The notes under the pieces are model-generated. The model was not told where the DNA came from, searched no databases, and saw only the letters and a program-made list of their open reading frames with translations. A stretch of 64,000 nucleotides of DNA from a virus, in the IMG/VR virus record IMGVR_UViG_3300032308_002092, positions 87,208 to 151,207 of that record, one strand, 5' to 3'. Made by a program: the position numbers and the translations under genes. Positions 17,742 to 25,748 of this stretch are shown here, one piece after another; position 1 is the stretch's first letter; the number at the start of each line of letters is the position of its first letter.

Positions 17742-17924
17742 TCACTCCAGACCCTTGCAGGAGCTAGCGTCGTTGCTCTCGTTGGCCTGACAAGCCACGT
17801 ACTTCTCGCTGCTTTCCTTGGAGTTAGCCACCGAGATCTCACCTACTACGTTGATGGAGGTGTTGACTACAACTCCGCCCACGATAGCGTACACACAGTA
17901 CAAGACCACTAGTTCGATGCCCAT
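17742..17924 (-). CDS. Small membrane protein
   Basis: Hydrophobic N-terminus. Confidence 0.5.
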   Translation of the reverse strand: MGIELVVLYCVYAIVGGVVVNTSINVVGEISVANSKESSEKYVACQANESNDASSCKGLE

Positions 17925-18016
17925 TATAATGCCCCTTATAAACCTTAAAGCCCACTTAAACTGCCATTCTAATAGCTAGAATGGTATTCTAAAATCTAGT
18001 ATGTTATACTTTGCCC

Positions 18017-18334
18017 TTACCCCGGCAAGTTCTGCTTGTAGTACAAGTCACCCCAGTCGATGTAGAAGTCCTCGACCTTAGCGTGATCCCAAGCGTCGGA
18101 CCACAGCTTGATATCCTCGTAGCTATCCATGCTCATCTCCCTGCCAGTCACCAACTTAAAGGCATCGTTCATGAACATATTAGCGTCTACGTAGTCATGC
18201 GAAGCGCACTCATGCTTATGGTTGTGCTTGTTAGCTTCGCATATATCAACCATAGTGGCTAGACCAAGCTCAGCCATCAGTAACTCGGAGAACTTTTCTG
18301 CTATCTGTTCGTGTAGCTCTACTTCGAAATCCAT
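18017..18334 (-). CDS. Hypothetical phage protein
   Basis: CASHDYVDANM motif. Confidence 0.7.
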   Translation of the reverse strand: MDFEVELHEQIAEKFSELLMAELGLATMVDICEANKHNHKHECASHDYVDANMFMNDAFKLVTGREMSMDSYEDIKLWSDAWDHAKVEDFYIDWGDLYYKQNLPG

Positions 18335-18489
18335 CGTTCACCCCGGTAAGTTGTCTAGTATAAAGTTAAGCTCTTCTACTACTTCGTCGGAAACAGGTTG
18401 ATCTAGTGCCTCATCAGGTACATCTGGGTAGTATTCCAGCTTGAATTCGTCCCAAGCGAACTGCATTAACTGTCTAAGCGTAAGTTCGT

Positions 18490-18699
18490 TCATTGTCCAC
18501 CTCTTTCTTCTAAGGCTTGATACACTCGCTTCAGTAGCTCTGTGGGTTCGGTATAGAAATCATCCTTATCTAACTGCACCATATCCAGGTTTATCAGCGC
18601 CTGACTGAACCTCATATCGGGATAGGTCCTCAAGTAGGTCTCTAGTATCCGTAGTAGCTCCAAGTTAGCATGTAGTCGGACGCTCGTTGGTTGACTCAT
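18490..18699 (-). CDS. Hypothetical phage protein
   Basis: YPDMRFSQAL..DFYTEP pattern; SD AGGAGG. Confidence 0.7.
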   Translation of the reverse strand: MSQPTSVRLHANLELLRILETYLRTYPDMRFSQALINLDMVQLDKDDFYTEPTELLKRVYQALEERGGQ

Positions 18700-18998
18700 A
18701 ATAACCTCCTAGTTACATATAGATATAGATTCGGATACGACTATCAGAACCACTCACCCTTTCTTACAATCACCACTCTACTCGCTGTATTGACTATCAT
18801 CGCTCTTCTCCTTCTGCCATCGGAGAAGTATCTCATAGCCTCTTGTAAAGCAGAGAATGAGTGTATAGTCATGAAAGACCGTGCATCAGTTGAGCCGTGC
18901 CAAACCTGAACTTGATACATAATAAACTCCAATGTGTAAGAGAACTTTGTTATTCTCTTATTAATAATATATAGTTACGGGAATTAAATTCCCCTGGG

Positions 18999-19012
18999 CG
19001 TAGCAGTGTCAG
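18999..19012 (+). repeat. CGTAGCAGTGTCAG box, copy 4
   Basis: Exact 14-mer. Confidence 0.85.
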
Positions 19013-19047
19013 ATAGTGGTATAATACCCTTAGGTTAAGGAGAACAC

Positions 19048-19524
19048 ATGGAAAAGCTAATCAAGCATAGCAACGGGCAGTGGACACTAGTTAAGGCCAA
19101 GGACACTAGTAAGCACGGCAACTTCGGTGGTGGTAACTCCTTTGACGGAGGAGACCAGTATGTCCCCTCTAAAGAGGGTATTGCAGCAAACGCGGCTAGA
19201 GCAGCGGAGCAGAAACGCCTAGAAGCAGAAGCGAGCGCAGTATCGGCTGCACACAAAGATGTAGCCGACAGAGGCGAAGTTCGCCGACGCACCGAGCCGC
19301 CGAAAACCGTAGAAGATCACCCACTACACGGCGAGTTAGTTAATCACTTCAAGAACAAGCATGGGTTGGACCATCACGCTGCGTTTGCTGCGGCTACTCA
19401 TGTCATGACTTCGGGCCTCGGCGAAAAGACTCATGAAAGTGACTCAGATAAAGCAGCTACTGGTTCTGGAGCAGCCGAGGCCAAGAAGATCCTGGCTGGT
19501 AAGGTTAAGACCAAGATCTCTTAG
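19048..19524 (+). CDS. Hypothetical protein, possible internal virion protein
   Basis: Only well-supported plus-strand gene in the early region; GGTATAAT at 19018-19025 and SD TAAGGAG. Confidence 0.75.
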   Translation: MEKLIKHSNGQWTLVKAKDTSKHGNFGGGNSFDGGDQYVPSKEGIAANAARAAEQKRLEAEASAVSAAHKDVADRGEVRRRTEPPKTVEDHPLHGELVNHFKNKHGLDHHAAFAAATHVMTSGLGEKTHESDSDKAATGSGAAEAKKILAGKVKTKIS

Positions 19525-19529
19525 TCGTC

Positions 19530-19796
19530 TTATATAAGACCTTGTTCACTCAGTTGCTTCATCAGTGAATCATCATTCTTAGACCCAAAGACTCTCACTA
19601 CATCCTCATAATCACATAGTTCATCGGGGTCGTCGTGACATACGAACGCTAGTCCTTCGACTGTCTTCCACACTGAGAACTCATATATGCAGTGAACTCC
19701 TGTCTCTACGTAACCATCAGGTTCAGTGATTGAGCCATCGAACATCTTCCCCGCTTCTAACTCTGCAACAAGTTGATCGACTGTGAACTTACTCAT
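19530..19796 (-). CDS. Acidic hypothetical protein (tandem paralogue 1)
   Basis: TGVHxIYxFxVWxTxEGLxFxCxxDPDE shared with 19873-20139. Confidence 0.8.
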   Translation of the reverse strand: MSKFTVDQLVAELEAGKMFDGSITEPDGYVETGVHCIYEFSVWKTVEGLAFVCHDDPDELCDYEDVVRVFGSKNDDSLMKQLSEQGLI

Positions 19797-19813
19797 AGTG
19801 ACTCCTTAAAGTT

Positions 19814-19873
19814 AGACTCATCAGTGTGACTCTTAGTCACAGACTATCTTCGTTTCGGAAGATAGTTTCGTCT
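19814..19873 (-). ncRNA. Type II hammerhead ribozyme HH5
   Basis: AGAC-GAAA-CTATCTTC(CGAAAC)GAAGATAG-TC|TGTGAC(TAAGA)GTCACA-CTGATGA-GTCT; cleavage 19842/19841. Confidence 0.94.
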
Positions 19874-20139
19874 TATGCGAGACCTACTGCACTCAGCTGC
19901 TGATCAAGAGTGTCGTCTTCCTTATCCTCCTCGAAGAACCGCTTGACATCGTCGTAAGTTAGTATCTCATCGGGGTCTTCAGTGCATATGAACCTCAAAC
20001 CTTCGTCAGTGTCCCACACCTCGAAGTCGTATATGGAGTGAACACCGGTGCTCACGCCTCCGTGTGACAGGAACTCACCTGCAGTTAGTCTACCATCGGC
20101 GATCGCTTCTTCTAACTCTCTGACTGTGATCTTACTCAT
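19873..20139 (-). CDS. Acidic hypothetical protein (tandem paralogue 2)
   Basis: Paralogue of 19530-19796; SD GAGGAG. Confidence 0.8.
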   Translation of the reverse strand: MSKITVRELEEAIADGRLTAGEFLSHGGVSTGVHSIYDFEVWDTDEGLRFICTEDPDEILTYDDVKRFFEEDKEDDTLDQQLSAVGLA

Positions 20140-20257
20140 GACTTCTCCTCATGTTGTTCACACATTAATAGAATCGGAAAACACACTAATAAATATTTAA
20201 GTTTTTCAACTCATTTATTTATTAATAATATATAGTTTCGGAAACTATATCCCTGGG

Positions 20258-20271
20258 CGTAGCAGTGTCAG
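20258..20271 (+). repeat. CGTAGCAGTGTCAG box, copy 5
   Basis: Exact 14-mer, adjacent to GC hairpin 20273-20297. Confidence 0.85.
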
Positions 20272-20304
20272 TGGGTACGGGCACCACGCCCGCACCCAAC
20301 TCAC

Positions 20305-20754
20305 TTAGCCAACCAACTTCTGGAGGTGCTCGGGAAGCGCTGAGATATCCACGGTCTTCTCGGTCTTCACCGGAGCGTTGGCTGCGATGAACATCAGGAG
20401 CCCAGTAGGAATCTCCTTGCCTTGCTCAGCCAAGTACTTCTTAAGCGCGATCGCTTGCTTGTACTCATTGCTCCCACTTCGTGAGCCTGGGTTCTTAGCT
20501 ACGTACTTCACTCCGCCATTCAACTCGGGCGACTTACGTACCCAGTTGTCCAGCAGTCCCACCGAGTAACTCCTCATCTTCTCGGGAGTGTCGTGCTTAG
20601 CCCGAGCACCCGCGCTCATATCAATCTCACCATCAACCAAGCCTTGTGTGATCAGAGTCAAGCACTCTTCTTTCTGCTCCTTGGTCAACTTAACTCCGGG
20701 AGTAAATCCCTCGATCCCACTCACGATCGCTACGACTGCATCTACTTGCTTCAT
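20305..20754 (-). CDS. Ribozyme-flanked family protein, paralogue C
   Basis: NWVRKSPELNGGVKYVAKNPGSRSG..LPEHLQKLVG; SD TAAGGAG. Confidence 0.85.
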   Translation of the reverse strand: MKQVDAVVAIVSGIEGFTPGVKLTKEQKEECLTLITQGLVDGEIDMSAGARAKHDTPEKMRSYSVGLLDNWVRKSPELNGGVKYVAKNPGSRSGSNEYKQAIALKKYLAEQGKEIPTGLLMFIAANAPVKTEKTVDISALPEHLQKLVG

Positions 20755-20772
20755 GTAACACTCCTTAAAGTT

Positions 20773-20829
20773 AGACTCATCAGTGCAACCACTTAGTTGC
20801 AGATACCCTTGCTATCGGGTATTTCGTCC
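20773..20829 (-). ncRNA. Type II hammerhead ribozyme HH6 (5' of gene 20305-20754)
   Basis: GGAC-GAAA-TACCC(GATAGCAA)GGGTA-TC|TGCAAC(TAAGTG)GTTGCA-CTGATGA-GTCT; cleavage 20802/20801. Confidence 0.93.
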
Positions 20830-21173
20830 TCACTTCTTCTTGAACACTAGTTCCTTAATCACATCGGATACAGTCAGAACTGCGAATCCCCCGACTAGAA
20901 CAACCATCAACATCCACGAGAGTTGCCAGAGATAGATCAGGTAAATCAATTCCATCGGATCCTCCTTGTAGAGATAGTTAGAATCGGGGAGGTTATTCTC
21001 ACCCGTTTCCTTCAGTAAGGGGAGGTAATATCGGGAAGTATACCCGCTAGCCTCTGCTTACAGGGAACCCCTTGTTTCGGAAGTACCGATGAGGGTGCCT
21101 AAACACTCTCTACATACTACTTTTACAACTATTGCCATAAGGGATAAACAACCATACCCACCGCCCTTACCCT

Positions 21174-21836
21174 CTATAGACGCCCACTAGCCTTAAAACG
21201 ACTCTTGGGTACTGGTACCCCAAGCTCCTTACATGCCTTCTCAGTTATCTCCCGCTTCCTGAGCCACTCCTTAAGCCTTGCCTTCTCCGCTTCCACTTCT
21301 AGCGCTACCTCACGAGCTTCCCTCTCCCTCGCCTCTCTGTACTTAGCCTCGCCCTTAGCACGAGCCACGGCTATCATCTTAGCCTTTGCCTCTTCTCTCG
21401 TCATCCCGCTGTAGTCGGGTCTAGGCTCGGCCGGCTTAGGCGGCACCGCGTTTGCCACAACGGCGACACCGGATATCTCCGCATCTAGGTAACGAGCCTT
21501 GGCCCAGATCGCATCGATCTTGTCTTGGCTCAGCCATACCGATGCAGGCTTCTGGTTCTTGTCACGGTTGCAGGTCATGCACAAAGGAACCACGTTTAGG
21601 CGCTTGGTGCCGGTAGTCTCGACGAGGACGAAGTCACCGCCGTTGCACTTCGGCACGAAGAAGTGGTCTAGCTCCATGCCGTTGTCGTTGGCACCGCAGT
21701 TGGCACAGGCGCAGTCAAAGGCCTTTAGCAGCTTTAGGGTGTAGCTGCGGCGGAAGCCTTGCTCCCTAGCCGAGTAGCGCTTGTACGAGTTCTGATCTGT
21801 TTTGTATAGGGATGGGTCTTCACTTGGTCTTGTCAC
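21174..21836 (-). CDS. HNH endonuclease
   Basis: CANCG..ELDHFFVPKCNGG..NVVPLCMTCNRDK. Confidence 0.88.
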   Translation of the reverse strand: MTRPSEDPSLYKTDQNSYKRYSAREQGFRRSYTLKLLKAFDCACANCGANDNGMELDHFFVPKCNGGDFVLVETTGTKRLNVVPLCMTCNRDKNQKPASVWLSQDKIDAIWAKARYLDAEISGVAVVANAVPPKPAEPRPDYSGMTREEAKAKMIAVARAKGEAKYREAREREAREVALEVEAEKARLKEWLRKREITEKACKELGVPVPKSRFKASGRL

Positions 21837-21907
21837 GATTGTCTCCTCATATCACGTAGACGAGGAGGGTATGGGATCGGGGAATATTGGGGGTAGGGCC
21901 GATCGAC

Positions 21908-22507
21908 TTACTTCAGGAACAAGGCTCTTTCTGCTTGGCGGCGCCTAGTTAGGCCAGCCATCACTTGGCCTTTTGCTTTATCCCACTTTAAGAACTCATC
22001 TGCGGCTTCTTGGAACTTACCCTCGTTGACTCGCTTAAGTAGGGTGGATCCACTTAAGTTACCGACGCCGCAATTGTATGCGAAGCTAACTAGCGCGGAG
22101 AACTGGTTGTCGTTTATGTTCGAGGTGACTAGATCATTTACTTGTTTGCAGAACCTCTCTAGGTCTGTTGTCTTTCTCTGGTCCGCTTGGACTTGGGTCC
22201 ACTGCGTGTTTGGTCCGATCTTCGTGGGCTTGCCCTGCGCATCTAGGTTGAAGTAGTCTAAGCCGGTTGATCCCCAGCCGACTGTCCAAGGGTCGCCTGA
22301 CATATTTTCCCAACCCTTGACCCTCTTACTTAAAATCTTTCTTAGTTGTTGGGCTAGGGCTGAGGCCGGGTCCGCATAGGCCTTTAGGACGCAAGACTCG
22401 TAGGACTTTATCAAGTCCATGCCTTCTTTAGTTATAGTTCTCACTTTGTCGTCTCCTTCTTTTGGAGGTTCAGGGATAATATTCTTCACCATATCGAATA
22501 CGTTCAT
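21908..22507 (-). CDS. Endolysin (GH24 phage lysozyme)
   Basis: LIKSYE..LKAYADP, WTVGWGST, NQFSALVSFAYNCG, GLTRRRQAERALF. Confidence 0.94.
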   Translation of the reverse strand: MNVFDMVKNIIPEPPKEGDDKVRTITKEGMDLIKSYESCVLKAYADPASALAQQLRKILSKRVKGWENMSGDPWTVGWGSTGLDYFNLDAQGKPTKIGPNTQWTQVQADQRKTTDLERFCKQVNDLVTSNINDNQFSALVSFAYNCGVGNLSGSTLLKRVNEGKFQEAADEFLKWDKAKGQVMAGLTRRRQAERALFLK

Positions 22508-22722
22508 CTTTGCTCAACCTCTATTAGCTTATCTATTATGGCAGATACTGCGGCCCTAGAGTAGGAGCCATCCCCGGTTCGCTTAAAACCAACCGCGTCT
22601 GCGCAGCTAGTATAAGTTCCGTCTGCCCTCTTCTTCATCTTTGCTAGAGGGCAGGTTTCACAAACCGACTGTGAAAAACTGTTGCATGAGTCCGTGTCTG
22701 CTATGATATATAAGTGTTCCAT
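22504..22722 (-). CDS. Small Cys-containing protein upstream of endolysin
   Basis: Probable start MEHLYII at 22722, 6 nt after a TATAAT. Confidence 0.55.
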   Translation of the reverse strand: MEHLYIIADTDSCNSFSQSVCETCPLAKMKKRADGTYTSCADAVGFKRTGDGSYSRAAVSAIIDKLIEVEQR

Positions 22723-22746
22723 GTTTGTATTATAACAGGAAATGAG

Positions 22747-23529
22747 ATGACGAACCCAATAGATAAGCCAAACGCCCCTACTCCTGTATCGCCCCAATCC
22801 TATAATAGTTATATGCCACCCAATATACACGACTTTAGTGTAAAGAGGGATTCCTTTAATGAGCTTATACAGAACAGAGGGATCAGGTTCCTTCACTCTA
22901 AGGCTTACCCGTGCTCAAACATGAAGAGCCTGAGTGACAACAACCACGATCCGCTTTGTCCCCACTGCGATGGAAGCGGCATACTATACTACGATACAAA
23001 AGAGATATTTGGTTTCTTCTCGTCTAATTCAATCGAACGTCAGTTCGAGAAACAAGGCGTCTGGGAGATCGGTACCGTAGTGGTCACGTTCCCAACTGAG
23101 TATCCAGATGGCGTCGAAGCAGACTTTTCTATGTTCGATAAGGTACAAGTTACTGATTTTACAGTAAGATTATGGGAACTAAAGGAGTTTGAGACTAGGG
23201 TCGGGCTTATACAAAAACTAAGATATCCAATAGTTAAAACAGCTAGGATTGAAGCCGCCAATAACTCCACTAGAAAAGAATACATTGAGGGACAAGACTT
23301 TAATATAGTTGATGGAAGTATAGCCTGGATTCAAGGAAGACAGCCTCCCGAAGGACAGGTGTACTCTGCTAATTATTACTGTAAGCCAGTGTATATAGTG
23401 CTGAATCCGATGAGAGAACTAAGGGTGACACAAGAGATGTCAGGAACGGAGAAGACAGCTAGGAGAATGCCGCAGCAGGTTGTTCTTCGTAGGGACTTCT
23501 TTGTTAATGGCCCAGAAACACTGAAGTAA
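22747..23529 (+). CDS. Head completion / neck protein
   Basis: AYPC..DPLCPHCDGSG motif; first gene of structural module. Confidence 0.6.
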   Translation: MTNPIDKPNAPTPVSPQSYNSYMPPNIHDFSVKRDSFNELIQNRGIRFLHSKAYPCSNMKSLSDNNHDPLCPHCDGSGILYYDTKEIFGFFSSNSIERQFEKQGVWEIGTVVVTFPTEYPDGVEADFSMFDKVQVTDFTVRLWELKEFETRVGLIQKLRYPIVKTARIEAANNSTRKEYIEGQDFNIVDGSIAWIQGRQPPEGQVYSANYYCKPVYIVLNPMRELRVTQEMSGTEKTARRMPQQVVLRRDFFVNGPETLK

Positions 23530-23577
23530 GCCCCTTGAGACCGTATAATGGTCTATAGGGAATACGGAGATTAGCCA

Positions 23578-25041
23578 ATGCCACAGTTCGCGTCTAAGAA
23601 GCAGTACAGGATGATGATGGCTATCATGCACGGTGGCAAGGGCAAAACATCGCGTGGCGATAGTGGTCCACCAAAATCTGTAGCTGAGAAATACTCTGGG
23701 GGCGGCAAAGATCTGACCGAGTCTAAGGGTAAAGAAGACAGGGGTGGACGATGGGACAAAGAAAAGAAGGCCAAGCACTCCGAGAAGGCTAAGTTTAAAA
23801 AAGCAGACATCAAGGGTGTTGGAGTCATCGTTCAGAACGACGAAGGTGCTATCCTTATAGGCACCAACCCCGAAAACGGCCAGAAGATGCTTCCAGGTGG
23901 CGGTGTCGACGATGGCGAGCTTCCGATGGAAGCAGCTATTAGAGAGCTATCTGAAGAGTCTGGCTTAGAGGCTCAAGAGGCCAAAGAATTAGACGCTGAC
24001 GAATATGGCGCGGTGTTTCTGGTTAGGAAGTTTTCTGGTTCACTAAAAGATACTAAAGAGATGGTTGATGCCAAGTTCGTATCCGTTAAGGATATCCCCT
24101 GGCACAAACTAAGGGAATGCTGTATCCCTGGGCTTAGCAGATTTGTGTCAGAGCAAATGAAGAAGTCTAAGAAGCTCGACGACATGCTTTATCTAGAGAA
24201 GCTAGAGAAGAATATTATTCGCTCATCTCAAGTAGCTCATGCTGTGTACGAGATGACTCATGGCGATGCCTTAAAGCTGATTGGCAATAAAACATTTCGC
24301 ATACTTCGAGATGGCATCAAGGGCATGGGCGACGATGAAGTCAAAGAGATCGAGATGGGACCATATACGATGGTCGTCAGAAAGCACGTCAACGACGTGT
24401 ACTCTGGGCACATACGCGACGGACACAAAACAATCCATAATTTTGTAAACAGATCTCTCCCTGCTCTCACAGGTGAGCTGATGAGCGTGTTCGAGTGGTA
24501 CCTACCAGAAGATATCCCAGATCTAGAGATAGAAGAAGACGACAAGCTTTCTGACGATACCCTAGATAGTGGTATCGAAAAAATGATCCACAACTATAGA
24601 AACTACAATTTAGCAGATGTCTACGATGAGATGGAGTCAATCAGGCAAGAAGTCAGGCACGGCGTTGCGGTTGACCTACAGCAGATCGAAGATAGGGTTG
24701 GCAAGCTCATAGATAAGCTCGAGTCTAAGTTGGATGACATGTCTGATAAGCACAACTCTCTAGCGCGAGAGCTTGGCTCTGACATAGACGAGTTGGAATC
24801 TAAGTTAAGGGAACTTAGAAGCAAAGTGCCCGATAAAGACGATAAGACGGTTGTCAACGCTGTTTCTCAAGAAACACCTAATGTAGGTAGGGTTCTAGAC
24901 ACGTTTTACAACTATCTGTCAAAACCAACTGTGACGATAGAACCCAATGGAAGGATTCAGATATCCTTTTCTTCAGACTGGTCAACCCTGGATCAGGGTA
25001 ATTTCTTAACCGATCTGAAGGCGAAAGTTGCTAAAAAATGA
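23578..25041 (+). CDS. Nudix-domain protein with coiled coil, probably virion-associated
   Basis: Nudix box GGVDDGELPMEAAIRELSEESGL; TATAAT and SD upstream. Confidence 0.8.
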   Translation: MPQFASKKQYRMMMAIMHGGKGKTSRGDSGPPKSVAEKYSGGGKDLTESKGKEDRGGRWDKEKKAKHSEKAKFKKADIKGVGVIVQNDEGAILIGTNPENGQKMLPGGGVDDGELPMEAAIRELSEESGLEAQEAKELDADEYGAVFLVRKFSGSLKDTKEMVDAKFVSVKDIPWHKLRECCIPGLSRFVSEQMKKSKKLDDMLYLEKLEKNIIRSSQVAHAVYEMTHGDALKLIGNKTFRILRDGIKGMGDDEVKEIEMGPYTMVVRKHVNDVYSGHIRDGHKTIHNFVNRSLPALTGELMSVFEWYLPEDIPDLEIEEDDKLSDDTLDSGIEKMIHNYRNYNLADVYDEMESIRQEVRHGVAVDLQQIEDRVGKLIDKLESKLDDMSDKHNSLARELGSDIDELESKLRELRSKVPDKDDKTVVNAVSQETPNVGRVLDTFYNYLSKPTVTIEPNGRIQISFSSDWSTLDQGNFLTDLKAKVAKK

Positions 25042-25748
25042 TAGACTACAAGGTGAGTCAACTCAGACTCTACTTGTCGAGTAGAGGTGTCTCTCAAGAT
25101 ACGATCGAGACCATAATCGATAGTATTAACTCCTCAGCTCAAAGTCAGATAGCCTCAATACTTGAGAACAATGTATTCGCCGCCTCTCAAAGAGCAGAGG
25201 AGATGAGGGCAAAAGGCTTTATATCCGAGATCGTCGTCAGACCTACCGGGAGTGGTCTGGAGATAACGACCGATAGTGGTAATCATGATTTTAGTAAACA
25301 ACCCTTTCCAATGCTAGATAGGTTGCTCGCTAAGGGTAAGGTCTCTAAAGACGGATCTATGTATAAGACCATACCTATCGGCTCCAATAATAAAAATATG
25401 ACAACTGTGGTTAAGGATGTTGCTGCGGGTGTGAGTTCTATAAGGGACTCCAATGACAAGCCAAGATCTTTGACTGAAGCGGTTAATAGCATGGCCCAAT
25501 CTTTTGGACTGGGTGCTAGACCTATGATTAAGACGTCGGAGTCAAAACCCCAATCTCAAGTACAATTTAGAACAGCGAGCAGTAAGCAGGATAGAAACAC
25601 CCAGTGGGTTCAACCTGGCATAGATGCTGATATGACTCCTATCTTGAATGAGATAAATGCAACGATGGCAGCCGATATAGAAAACGCAATAGACTCTGCT
25701 ATTAGAGAGCACCAGATGGAGATAGACTATGCCATTCGCAATGCCTGA
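25038..25748 (+). CDS. Neck / tail completion protein
   Basis: Position; FRTASSK..WVQPG motif typical of myophage neck proteins. Confidence 0.55.
   Translation: MIDYKVSQLRLYLSSRGVSQDTIETIIDSINSSAQSQIASILENNVFAASQRAEEMRAKGFISEIVVRPTGSGLEITTDSGNHDFSKQPFPMLDRLLAKGKVSKDGSMYKTIPIGSNNKNMTTVVKDVAAGVSSIRDSNDKPRSLTEAVNSMAQSFGLGARPMIKTSESKPQSQVQFRTASSKQDRNTQWVQPGIDADMTPILNEINATMAADIENAIDSAIREHQMEIDYAIRNA

Noticed and set aside
18405-18460. CTGATGA on the minus strand, possible seventh hammerhead
   Set aside because: Upstream reads GACGAAT rather than GAAA, no stems form, and it lies in a probable small ORF
8028-20271. Repeated 14-mers or ribozyme repeats as a CRISPR array
   Set aside because: Dispersed over kilobases, no regular repeat-spacer period, no cas genes
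21005-21085. TTCC-GAAA-hairpin-GTA ... CTGAAGGAA, hammerhead-like
   Set aside because: Core is not CUGANGA and stem I does not pair; at best a decayed copy or chance
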